Shown here: positions 29,739 to 38,811 of the stretch, piece after piece
Position numbering within the stretch: position 1 is the first letter of the stretch
How the letters are laid out: the number at the start of each line of letters is the position of its first letter
IMG/VR virus record: IMGVR_UViG_3300032164_000003
Location: 27,089 to 91,088 of that record
DNA length: 64,000 bases
Reading direction: 5' to 3' (one strand)
Origin: a virus
Notes under the pieces: model-generated
What the model was told of the DNA's origin: nothing
The model's database searches: none
What the model saw: only the letters and a program-made list of their open reading frames with translations
Translations under genes and position numbers: made by a program

Positions 29739-30233
29739 ATGACTAAAGTGTTCGATCTGTTCGGTGGAAAAAAGTACTTCTTGGCGCTGTTCTTCTACGC
29801 CGCAGTTACTGTCGGCTTCTTCCTGCGCTGGGTTCCTGATGCGACGTGGCTAAACGCATTGGAATGGTGCCTGGCTATCTATCTCGGTGCAAACGCAATC
29901 AAGGGCATTCCCGATGCACTCGCCCGAGACGGGGTTGTAGAAAACGGAGACAATAAATTCTTCGATTGGTTTGGCGGACGCAAGATGTTTTTGGCCATTG
30001 TGTTTGTTCTGACGATCTGCGCTGCGTTCTTTATCCCAGCCGATCCTAAATTCTTGACTGTGGATCAGTGGATCGGTGGCTTGGAATGGTGCCTAGCAAT
30101 CTATCTTGGTGCTAACGTGGTGAGCGCTGTTCCAGAATTTCTCACTCGGAAGACCACACCAGAGGGTACTGCGGTTCCTACCGTTCCGGTGATCCCGTCC
30201 GTACAGCCAACTACACCGCCAACCATCGCCTAG
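29739..30233 (+). CDS. holin-like membrane protein with internal duplication
   Basis: two copies of FD.FGG.K.FLA...W...LEWCLAIYLGAN; four TM segments. Confidence 0.6.
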   Translation: MTKVFDLFGGKKYFLALFFYAAVTVGFFLRWVPDATWLNALEWCLAIYLGANAIKGIPDALARDGVVENGDNKFFDWFGGRKMFLAIVFVLTICAAFFIPADPKFLTVDQWIGGLEWCLAIYLGANVVSAVPEFLTRKTTPEGTAVPTVPVIPSVQPTTPPTIA

Positions 30234-30460
30234 TGCTCCGTACGCCCACCCAACAACGCTGAGAGTCTATTTGACAGTTCCTCATTCTCCTTCCTTAGCC
30301 GGGTGATCTCTTCCCGAAGTTCCTTGACCTTCCAGGCTAACTGCGCGACAGATTCGGTCACATCTTTTCCTAGGAGCAGGCGGGCATTTTCATCCTGAAG
30401 CTTAGCGGTAGCTTTCTTCAAGTCTTCCAATGCTTCCAATGAGTCTTTTTGAGATGCCAT
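30230..30460 (-). CDS. small coiled-coil protein (sole antisense gene in this arm)
   Basis: AAGGAGG RBS; TTTACA-N16-TACAAT upstream; heptad pattern. Confidence 0.7.
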   Translation of the reverse strand: MASQKDSLEALEDLKKATAKLQDENARLLLGKDVTESVAQLAWKVKELREEITRLRKENEELSNRLSALLGGRTEH

Positions 30461-30601
30461 GTTTTCCTCCTTCATACTTACATTGTAAGTCTTTCTGGCA
30501 AGTTGTAAAGAAGAAATTTTCCCAACAGAAGTTAATGACGTAAGTTAACATACTTTCAATAACTTGGGTTATACATAGGTAGGCAAACAAAGGAAATAAC
30601 C

Positions 30602-31135
30602 ATGTCAAATAAATTTAGGGTCGAAGCACAGGAAAGTGGTGGAGGCGGTGTCCTTCCCGGTGGTGGCATGTCGGAAGAGGAAATTCAGCAGCTTGAGCAG
30701 TCCGCGCCGCCTGCTGCTGCTCCGGGCAACACATTGGAAGTTCTCTGGGCTGACTATCAACGAAGGGGCCAAGCGCTTACTGTAGAACTTACACTAGCAG
30801 ATTCACAAAATAGATTGTACTCTGTTTCCGTGGCTCCTGACGGACAACAAATTCTTGTGTACCCAATTCAGCAAATCATGCGACCAGATTATAACTCTGG
30901 AGAGATGATTCCACCCGCGCAGTCCGGGGAACCGAATTGGGATGCTGTAACACAAAAGTATTTCCCAGGTGGTTTTACAGAACTTCCATCCCAATTTCCT
31001 GAACCAGATGAGCGTACTATGGCATCGTCACGGAAGTCCCCCAATGACTTTTGGATGCGCGTGTTGGCCAATGTTCTTCGTGGCTACTCTCGTAGAACTG
31101 AGATACTACGGAAACTAAATCCGTATTTGCGATAG
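30602..31135 (+). CDS. hypothetical protein
   Basis: 177 aa, AAGGA RBS. Confidence 0.7.
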   Translation: MSNKFRVEAQESGGGGVLPGGGMSEEEIQQLEQSAPPAAAPGNTLEVLWADYQRRGQALTVELTLADSQNRLYSVSVAPDGQQILVYPIQQIMRPDYNSGEMIPPAQSGEPNWDAVTQKYFPGGFTELPSQFPEPDERTMASSRKSPNDFWMRVLANVLRGYSRRTEILRKLNPYLR

Positions 31136-31165
31136 TGAATTAACCACTAACGAAACGAGCACGAA

Positions 31166-31513
31166 ATGGAAACGCTGAAGAAGATCTGGCAATGGGTCAC
31201 TACGCATCTCAAATTGGTTAGTTTGTTCGCGGTAATTATTCTCCTTACAATATTCATTTTGTGGTGGGGCCGCAAGAATAGTAAGATCAGATCGCTGGAA
31301 AATCAACTTGCAATATTGACAGCTAAGGTAAAGATAGAGAAGCTTGCTATGCAGTATGACGCCAAGGTCGCGGAATTGAAAACGCTCAAAGAAAAAGATG
31401 ACAAGCTTAGTGCTGACATAGCAAGTATAGAAACTTCTCTCACCACTAGACTACGCCAAGATATGACCGCAGAAGAGATCGCCGCCAAGTTTAGAGAGAT
31501 CGGTATACGGTAG
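31166..31513 (+). CDS. i-spanin-like protein (N-terminal TM plus coiled coil)
   Basis: single TM LVSLFAVIILLTIFILWW then coiled coil. Confidence 0.5.
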   Translation: METLKKIWQWVTTHLKLVSLFAVIILLTIFILWWGRKNSKIRSLENQLAILTAKVKIEKLAMQYDAKVAELKTLKEKDDKLSADIASIETSLTTRLRQDMTAEEIAAKFREIGIR

Positions 31514-31521
31514 AGGCTACC

Positions 31522-31929
31522 ATGCTAAAGATCATATCATTATTATTGGTAGGCTTCTGCGTTCCGGTCGCTTCAATGGCTGCGGACCTAGATGTTCGGG
31601 CGCATGACATTGACGGAACGGCTTTTGTTTGTTTCACACAGAACGATGCGCGGGATCTTCTGCAACTGACATTAGACTTTCCAAAGCTAACGCTTGAACT
31701 TTCTAAGTATAAAGAGCTTGCGGATGTAAAAGATAAAGAGATACTTACGTTAAAGGACATGAACTTAAATCTAAATCAACAGAACAGTGTATATGTAGAT
31801 GAGAATGTGCGGCTGCACGAAGAGAACGAATCCATGAACAAGTGGTACCGCAGTCCATATCTCTGGTTCTGTGTGGGACTTTTTGTCGGCGCTGGTATAA
31901 GTATTGGTATCGCCCTGGCTGTAAAGTAG
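31522..31929 (+). CDS. spanin-like protein (signal peptide, coiled coil, C-terminal TM)
   Basis: N-terminal signal, C-terminal hydrophobic anchor, follows TM/coiled-coil gene. Confidence 0.45.
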   Translation: MLKIISLLLVGFCVPVASMAADLDVRAHDIDGTAFVCFTQNDARDLLQLTLDFPKLTLELSKYKELADVKDKEILTLKDMNLNLNQQNSVYVDENVRLHEENESMNKWYRSPYLWFCVGLFVGAGISIGIALAVK

Positions 31930-31936
31930 GTGCCAC

Positions 31937-32683
31937 GTGAAAGGTATAATTTTAGCTGGTGGCACCGGCTCTCGCATGCTTCCTGTAACTAAGGTAACCA
32001 ATAAGCACTTGCTGCCAGTAGGCAAGAAGCCAATGATTTTCCACGCTATCGAAAAATTGGTACGCGCGAAAATCACAGACATTCTTGTAATTACTGGAAC
32101 AGATCATATGGGCGATATGATCGCGTGCCTTGGGTCTGGGAATAGTTTTGGTTGCCAACTAACATACCGTGTACAGGATACAGCCGGCGGCATTGCACAG
32201 GCATTAGGCCTAGCGCGCGATTTCTGTAGCGGTCAGGACATGTGCGTTCTTTTAGGGGATAATATATTTGAGGATAGCCTGACCCCGTGGATCGAAGAAT
32301 ACAATAAACAAGGGCGTGGAGCACACGTTGTACTTAAAGAGGTCAGCGATCCCAGTCGCTACGGTGTTGCTGTTGTAGCTAATAATAAGCTTGTTGAGAT
32401 TGTAGAGAAACCTACACTAGATATGATAACAGGTATAATTTCATCTTACTCTCATATCTATGCAGTTACTGGGATATATTTTTACGACAAAAATGTGTTC
32501 GATATAATTGCTTCATTGAAGCCGTCCGGCCGGGATGAACTTGAAATAACAGATGTAAATAATGCTTACAACGCACTGGGTGTACTTACGTATTCGGTAG
32601 CCCCTGGGTGGTGGTCGGATGCAGGAACTTTTCCTTCATGGTTTTTGGCCAATCAACTCGTAATGAAGAATGACACATGGTAG
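31937..32683 (+). CDS. rmlA: glucose-1-phosphate thymidylyltransferase (RmlA/RfbA/SpsI family)
   Basis: KGIILAGGTGSR..P.TKVTNKHLLPV, LGDNIF, VEKP, KPSGRDELEITD, WSDAGT. Confidence 0.93.
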   Translation: MKGIILAGGTGSRMLPVTKVTNKHLLPVGKKPMIFHAIEKLVRAKITDILVITGTDHMGDMIACLGSGNSFGCQLTYRVQDTAGGIAQALGLARDFCSGQDMCVLLGDNIFEDSLTPWIEEYNKQGRGAHVVLKEVSDPSRYGVAVVANNKLVEIVEKPTLDMITGIISSYSHIYAVTGIYFYDKNVFDIIASLKPSGRDELEITDVNNAYNALGVLTYSVAPGWWSDAGTFPSWFLANQLVMKNDTW

Positions 32684-33276
32684 TTCTATATAAAAAGAGA
32701 ACCAATAAGAGTCCGCAGACGGTCCGCAATAAGATCAAAGATTGTAGGCAAGAAGGACGTTGTCCCGCTTGCGGAGAAGGCCTCAAACTTACTGAGGCGG
32801 GAAAAGATCGAGATACATTTGCCTGTCAGAAATGTAAAGCTACAGTAACATTTACCAAGTCTCCATTTGAGCAGCCGTCGCAGAGAAAGCATGAAAAGCG
32901 GATGGGCGCGATCACGCTACGTGACAAATCTACGCGATCAACATACAAAGAAAGCCCGAGTGAGTTTGGTCTTTCGTCTACAGCAGATGTGGCGGCACTG
33001 TCCAAAATACGTGAATGCATGACCGATCATAGTCTTATCAATTTTGATTATACTGATAGCAACAAGATTACTACGGCCCGAACGGTAGAGCCATATAAGC
33101 TTACAAAAAGGAATGGTGATATAATACTTTATGGTTACGATGTAGAAGGAAACGGAATTCGCGTATTCAAAATTTCCAGAATCGCAGCACTGGAGAAACA
33201 ATCATATTCGTTCAAGCCACGATGGGAAATAGAAGATAAGCTAATCCGGAAGGACGATAATGCCGAAGTATCTTGA
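32677..33276 (+). CDS. zinc-ribbon plus WYL domain protein
   Basis: CPACG..CQKC; FDYTD....RTVEPYKL.....LYGYD....IRVFKISRI. Confidence 0.85.
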   Translation: MVVLYKKRTNKSPQTVRNKIKDCRQEGRCPACGEGLKLTEAGKDRDTFACQKCKATVTFTKSPFEQPSQRKHEKRMGAITLRDKSTRSTYKESPSEFGLSSTADVAALSKIRECMTDHSLINFDYTDSNKITTARTVEPYKLTKRNGDIILYGYDVEGNGIRVFKISRIAALEKQSYSFKPRWEIEDKLIRKDDNAEVS

Positions 33277-35197
33277 AAATCCGGATGGTTCAAGTAGGCG
33301 TGATATATTCGAGGGGATCTCTAGTCTGCTTGCCGGAAAAGTGCATGTACAACCGAAGAGTAAGGGACGTGTTCAACTTGAATTAGCGTCCAGTCCATTA
33401 ATATTTATAGAATCCCCGCGCTTTCTTGATGGCCCAACCTTACACTACCCGCAGTACGCAGTAGTCCGTGATTTCTTCGAATTGCTTTGCCCACACTGTA
33501 ATGATATAGATGAGCTACACGAAAAAACTACAATGGATCGTGCAGGAGAGATCTTACTGGATTACGGGATCTGTGCAAAGTGTGGCTTCAATAAATATGA
33601 AAATCCGGAAGCGTTCAATCACTACAATGAAATGGTTGGCGTGGTAGGCATGCGTGGTGGTAAGTCTGTGCTCGTAGCGTGTATGTCTGCTGCAATTCTA
33701 CACGAACTTATATGCGTAGAAAACCTGCAAGATAAACTTGGGTTGGTAAAGAGCCAGGAAATAGACGGGGCATTCGTAGCTGCGTCTGGAGAGCAGGCTA
33801 GTGAAACAATCTACGGCCACTTTCGTGGCTTTTATGACAACAGCCCATGGTTTCAAGACTACAGAAAAAAGCTTATGGATCTGGAGATCACTGATCCTGA
33901 TTTACGGAGGGGAGATCTATATTGGGAGACAGAGAAATCTATATTATTCAAAGAAAAGCGGATACGGATAAAATCACTTACCTCTAACTCTGGTTCTATC
34001 GCAGGAAAAACTAGAATATTTGCTGTTATCGACGAGATTTCTCGCATGGACGCGGGGGAGAGTCGGCGCAGTGCAACTGAAGTTTATCGCGTCTTGAAAC
34101 GATCTCTTATTACTATCAAATCTTCCGTTGAGCGGCGTCGCCAGAATGGGGACTATCAGATACCAGACGCGCGTATGTTTTGTATCTCATCTCCAATCTT
34201 TGAAGATGACAAGGCGATGCAGCTTTTGAAGATCGCTGAAAAGAATCACAAGATGTTTTCTTTTCACCGCACTACATGGGAATTCAACCCAGACATTACT
34301 AAAGAGGATCTGGCAGAAGAGTTCGCAACGGATCCAATTGGTGCGGAGCGCGATTACGCGGCAAATCCTCCCGGTGCGGAGAATCCATTTGTTACAAATC
34401 CAACAATTATTGAAATATGTGTAGACAAAAATAGAGTCAATACTGTCTCCACACGCGAAGACTTCTTCGAGGAGGAACTTGAGGGTTACAAGTTTAAGTA
34501 TGTTAAGCCAATCATCTTGAACGTGGCCTACAAAAATCTGTTCGATTACGTTATCCACTGCGATCCGGGCCACAAGGGAGATAGCTTCGGACTTGCTATT
34601 GGGCACAGGGAGGGAGAGAAGGTACTGATTGATGGAGCTATTGAGTGCCGCCCCATACCAAAAAATAATAGGCAGGGATTAGATCCAAGAGAGGTATATT
34701 TTCCTGCCATGACAGATCTTATTTTAGATCTTTCCAAGAAACTTTCTATACGTTATGTTTCTTATGACCGCTGGAATTCTACAGAACAGATACAGCGTCT
34801 TAGGAAAGGTAAGATCCTGGCGTTTCAAAAAAACATTAATCGGGAAGATCATATGCGCTTTTTGAGTACCATGGTGAATAGGAGCATCGGATTTCCAAAT
34901 CGCGAAAATGAATTTTTGGATCCTTCAATTGCGCGGAGTATGCCCTGCTCCAAAGCACTCTGGGAACTCAAGAAGTTAAACGACAATGGACAAAAGGTGG
35001 ACCACCCCGTTGGTGGGTCATCTGATATGGTTCAGTGCTATGTTGGTGTTCATCGATTATTGCTACATGCGGAAGAAGTGATAACGCCGCAGGAAATGCA
35101 AAAGGCACAGCGTAATAGAATGGGCAGATACAATAGCGGAAACGTTGGTCAAGTTATTAGGCTTCCCCAAAAGGGCAGCCGTCTGCAACGTCGGTAG
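33260..35197 (+). CDS. terL: terminase large subunit
   Basis: GMRGGKS, AASGEQA, VIDE, ISSP, TWEFNP, HCDPG..GDSFG, YDRWNS, KVDHP.GGSSD. Confidence 0.9.
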   Translation: MPKYLENPDGSSRRDIFEGISSLLAGKVHVQPKSKGRVQLELASSPLIFIESPRFLDGPTLHYPQYAVVRDFFELLCPHCNDIDELHEKTTMDRAGEILLDYGICAKCGFNKYENPEAFNHYNEMVGVVGMRGGKSVLVACMSAAILHELICVENLQDKLGLVKSQEIDGAFVAASGEQASETIYGHFRGFYDNSPWFQDYRKKLMDLEITDPDLRRGDLYWETEKSILFKEKRIRIKSLTSNSGSIAGKTRIFAVIDEISRMDAGESRRSATEVYRVLKRSLITIKSSVERRRQNGDYQIPDARMFCISSPIFEDDKAMQLLKIAEKNHKMFSFHRTTWEFNPDITKEDLAEEFATDPIGAERDYAANPPGAENPFVTNPTIIEICVDKNRVNTVSTREDFFEEELEGYKFKYVKPIILNVAYKNLFDYVIHCDPGHKGDSFGLAIGHREGEKVLIDGAIECRPIPKNNRQGLDPREVYFPAMTDLILDLSKKLSIRYVSYDRWNSTEQIQRLRKGKILAFQKNINREDHMRFLSTMVNRSIGFPNRENEFLDPSIARSMPCSKALWELKKLNDNGQKVDHPVGGSSDMVQCYVGVHRLLLHAEEVITPQEMQKAQRNRMGRYNSGNVGQVIRLPQKGSRLQRR

Positions 35198-35296
35198 CGG
35201 GAGTAAACGTCATTAGGCGAACGCACATGCTAGACGTTAGTTAAATTATATTCGTGTTGTAGTTGTAAGATCACACTTGCAGAAAGGAGTTATTTT

Positions 35297-35908
35297 ATGT
35301 ATAAAGTTCAAAATATTACATCAGGTAACCTGAGTTTGGATCTTGAGAATGGTGGAGCTATCACTTTACAATCTGGCCGCGCATTTGATCTTGAAGGATC
35401 GTGTTCTAGGGAATGGCTTGAGGCAGATATTACCTTGAAAAGGCTAATTATTGCTGGGCATATAAAGCTGTTGCACGATTCTACAGAGGGTCTACCAGCA
35501 CAACCTACCCATGAAGTTGTAGCTATTCGCGCAGTACAGCCACCGGCTGTGATTCAAATTGTTACTGCCCCAGCGGAACTTCCACGGCAGCCTATTATTA
35601 TAGATATCGGTGGAAAACCGGATCCGACTCCGGAAAGGTGCACGCCGGTAGAGGAAAAGGTAGAAGTTATTACTGTAAAAGAATCTCCGGTTGTTACTAC
35701 TATCAATTCTGCCATAGACATCGTCCCGGTCAACTCGTCTGTTTTCGGATCTCGGACGAACACAGACGTACCAGTGGCAGACGTACCAGACGTACCAGAC
35801 GTACCAGTGGCAGACGTACCAGCCACGGAAGACGAAGAACCAGCCATCAAAATTATTGATCCCGTAGAAAAGATCCTTGGCAAGAAAAAGAAGAACAGAA
35901 ATAAGTAA
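35297..35908 (+). CDS. hypothetical virion-module protein with Pro/Val-rich linker
   Basis: AAAGGAG RBS; DVP repeats. Confidence 0.7.
   Translation: MYKVQNITSGNLSLDLENGGAITLQSGRAFDLEGSCSREWLEADITLKRLIIAGHIKLLHDSTEGLPAQPTHEVVAIRAVQPPAVIQIVTAPAELPRQPIIIDIGGKPDPTPERCTPVEEKVEVITVKESPVVTTINSAIDIVPVNSSVFGSRTNTDVPVADVPDVPDVPVADVPATEDEEPAIKIIDPVEKILGKKKKNRNK
35764..35823. repeat. short in-frame repeats AGACGTACC (DVP)
   Basis: five copies, two followed by AGTGGC. Confidence 0.85.
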
Positions 35909-35923
35909 TTTTGGAGTGATACC

Positions 35924-37177
35924 ATGGCAACGTTCGAAGAACTGAAAGCAAAATTCGCGGCTATTGCTGCCGCACGCGGATTCATTCTTGAATCAGATTA
36001 TAATGGAATCTGCCACGGGATCACTGATCAAGCACTCCTGAACCATGTGGCCCATTGGATTCTTAGCCAAGGTATTCCGCTAAAGAAGTGTGTTGGGCCA
36101 CAGTATAAACAGGAACTTATGCGGCGGGTAAAGAATCCGCATGTTCGTGATGTTGTTGATACCAAAGATCGGACACATAACAATCCGGATAAGCTTCAGG
36201 AATCAAAGAAGACATCTATTGAAGCACCAACGGATACAAAGCAGGCCACATTGAATTTGAACGATAAAATTGAGGACAACAAAGATAAAGATTTCAAAGA
36301 GCCGTTCCTTCCTCCCTGGAAGAAGCGCACGATAATGCTAAAGAAGGGCATGCGTGTGGAAGCATCTACATCTCCGGTCGCAGCTAGTTTGAAGTTGTAT
36401 GCATTTATGCAGGAAAATCCGGAGGTATTTGATCTTCTTGTTGCAACCTTTGGTTTGGACGCGGCCACCTGGGACATTATGTACAATGCCGACGGCGTGC
36501 GGCAATATATTAACACATCGGTTGTTCCATATCTACCAGATCGCGCATACTTGGACCCAAACACGTTCCCACAACTTTCTGGTATAAATCTTGGAAATCA
36601 GCAGGCGGCAGAACAAGCACTGTCCACTATTGATGATGTAGATACGCTAAACAATATTGTTATGTCTTTGGAGCGCAGAGAATATTTCGAAGATCCAGCC
36701 GGTGCGACAGAGGAAACCTGGGACAAGATGCCATCAGGCACCCGAGAGATTGAGTTTGATGCCGCAAAGAAGGCAGTCCGGCAGGCTAAACTAGCAAGGG
36801 ACCTTCCACATGTGGATTTTAGCAATCCTACAGCGTCTTTTGTTGTGGATATTGCGGATACTCCTGCCAAAAAGGCGGCAGGCCTAGAGACATTTGAGGC
36901 ACTCGCAGCTGATCATGGGCTTTATTTTCCATTCGGGGATCCAAACTTAGTAACATTCCATATGGGATCTGTAAAGTTCCCAATTGATATTGTGTTTTTG
37001 ATGCCCACGCCGCACGGGATGGAGATTAACAAGATCGTTGAGGATGTAAAGCCGGGAGCGCTAGATGTATGGACGGCTAATAATGTGGTTGCCGTGCTCG
37101 AAGTAATTGGTGGTGCATGCAAGAAACATGGGCTGCGGGTCGGTTCCAACTGCACCTACGCGGCTGAAAAGGAATAA
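35924..37177 (+). CDS. protein with C-terminal DUF192-like domain
   Basis: IADTP.KKAAGL....GLYF.F....FHMGSVKFPIDIVFL...VLEV.GG. Confidence 0.75.
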   Translation: MATFEELKAKFAAIAAARGFILESDYNGICHGITDQALLNHVAHWILSQGIPLKKCVGPQYKQELMRRVKNPHVRDVVDTKDRTHNNPDKLQESKKTSIEAPTDTKQATLNLNDKIEDNKDKDFKEPFLPPWKKRTIMLKKGMRVEASTSPVAASLKLYAFMQENPEVFDLLVATFGLDAATWDIMYNADGVRQYINTSVVPYLPDRAYLDPNTFPQLSGINLGNQQAAEQALSTIDDVDTLNNIVMSLERREYFEDPAGATEETWDKMPSGTREIEFDAAKKAVRQAKLARDLPHVDFSNPTASFVVDIADTPAKKAAGLETFEALAADHGLYFPFGDPNLVTFHMGSVKFPIDIVFLMPTPHGMEINKIVEDVKPGALDVWTANNVVAVLEVIGGACKKHGLRVGSNCTYAAEKE

Positions 37178-37180
37178 GCT

Positions 37181-38335
37181 ATGAGATTCAATACCAAGGC
37201 CGAAGGCGATGCCCTGGCTAAGAAGATCGCTGCACATGTTTGCAGTCGCCGCGCAGACAAGAACATTATAGTCGCGGATAAGCCAGAGTCCGACACTAAG
37301 GATGAGGCCAAGCAAAGCGCGATTAGTTATTGGATGATGGGCTGGACGTGGGATGAAATTGAAACCATCTTGGAAGATTCAGAATATAACAAGGCCGTGG
37401 TGTCTTATGCCATGAAAGAGGCCAAGGAATATGCCAAGAAAGTTTTGAACGATGGTCCATTTGCAGTTCTGACAAGCGGGCAAGGTATAAGATTGATAAA
37501 TGGCGAAGTTGGCGCGCTGGAAGAGAAGCACGCCGATCATGTAACTGTTGCTCTGCCTGGTCAAGGCCGTGTAAAGATTATGGCAAACCAGATCGATACT
37601 GCAGCAACAAATAAGCTTAGCAAGGCATTCGAACTTCGAAAAGAATCCGCGACCATGATTGAAGGTCTTCCGGAGCTAAAGCAGGTAGCACTGAAGACGG
37701 CATCAGCGAATGTGGTGCAAAGTCATCTGGACTCTGCATTATCGAAGACGGTTAACACATTACTTTCTACTATTGCTGCCGTCTCCCAGGACATGGACGA
37801 GGTCATTCATGGATACGCTGCAGTACAAACAGCACTAGATTCAAACAAGGAGCAGTTTAAGCTAAATTCAGAGTGCAAATTGCCCTTCGCACAATACGTT
37901 GCTGCGATCATTCATCAAGAGGGAGAGAATTATAAGTTTATTGGTGGACTATTAAACCAGCTAAACAGACATGTGGCCATGCTCCACGATTCTCTGGCCG
38001 AATTTCCAGATGCCGAAAAAGATCTACAGAGTTATCTGTCAGCATATATTAGAAGCTCCGTGTTCCCAATCGTAAATAATATTTCTGCACACTTGACGGA
38101 CAGTCTTCAGAACAAGATCGCGGCCACAGAACATATCAGTACACCAAACGCAGCCGCTGTAGACTGGGCACGTATGGTATGGGAGAATACTAAGGTGTTC
38201 GAAGGAACATTAGAAGAAGAAATCGCTCCAGCTGTAGAATTGGCAGGTAGGGAGATCGCAGGATACTTGTTCAAGTCACAAAAGAGCAACCGGGCTGCAA
38301 AAATTGCTAGTGTTATACAGAATGGAAATCGCTAG
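37181..38335 (+). CDS. hypothetical protein (possible internal head protein)
   Basis: 384 aa, helical. Confidence 0.7.
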   Translation: MRFNTKAEGDALAKKIAAHVCSRRADKNIIVADKPESDTKDEAKQSAISYWMMGWTWDEIETILEDSEYNKAVVSYAMKEAKEYAKKVLNDGPFAVLTSGQGIRLINGEVGALEEKHADHVTVALPGQGRVKIMANQIDTAATNKLSKAFELRKESATMIEGLPELKQVALKTASANVVQSHLDSALSKTVNTLLSTIAAVSQDMDEVIHGYAAVQTALDSNKEQFKLNSECKLPFAQYVAAIIHQEGENYKFIGGLLNQLNRHVAMLHDSLAEFPDAEKDLQSYLSAYIRSSVFPIVNNISAHLTDSLQNKIAATEHISTPNAAAVDWARMVWENTKVFEGTLEEEIAPAVELAGREIAGYLFKSQKSNRAAKIASVIQNGNR

Positions 38336-38372
38336 ATTCAAATCCTTTTGTATAATAGTAGTGAGGTGTTAA

Positions 38373-38624
38373 ATGTTTTTGTACTATGATAGGGTTTCTA
38401 AAATGTTCACCCTGGACCGTGGCGATGAAGGTGTAGTGTTTCTCGGTCCGATAACCAATACGATGGTAAATCTTAAAAGACAGTACGGTCTTACAGATTC
38501 CCAAGCACGCGAAGCAGTTCTCCAAGCAGTGTTCAATATGGGAGACTCTGTAAATATAGATACTGTAAAAAAGATTGCCTCCGAACAAAGCAAATTTTTT
38601 ATAAGAAATGTCCAACCAGCGTAA
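38373..38624 (+). CDS. hypothetical protein
   Basis: GAGGTG RBS and TATAAT upstream. Confidence 0.7.
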   Translation: MFLYYDRVSKMFTLDRGDEGVVFLGPITNTMVNLKRQYGLTDSQAREAVLQAVFNMGDSVNIDTVKKIASEQSKFFIRNVQPA

Positions 38625-38811
38625 CGAAAATACTGTTGTAATGTACAGTGTAGTGAAAGACCCACCGTGCGGACTATCCGCTTATGTGCAATTCGTAAGC
38701 AACCTGTGCCCATTCTCTGGGGAGGCATCCTGTACGGAGTGTGTGTCTACTGAATTTGACGAAACGTGCATCCGTTGTTTAATAGGTGCAAAAAGATTTG
38801 GACGAACTTAA
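38608..38811 (+). CDS. small Cys-rich hypothetical protein
   Basis: six Cys; stop directly abuts the portal ATG. Confidence 0.45.
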   Translation: MSNQRNENTVVMYSVVKDPPCGLSAYVQFVSNLCPFSGEASCTECVSTEFDETCIRCLIGAKRFGRT

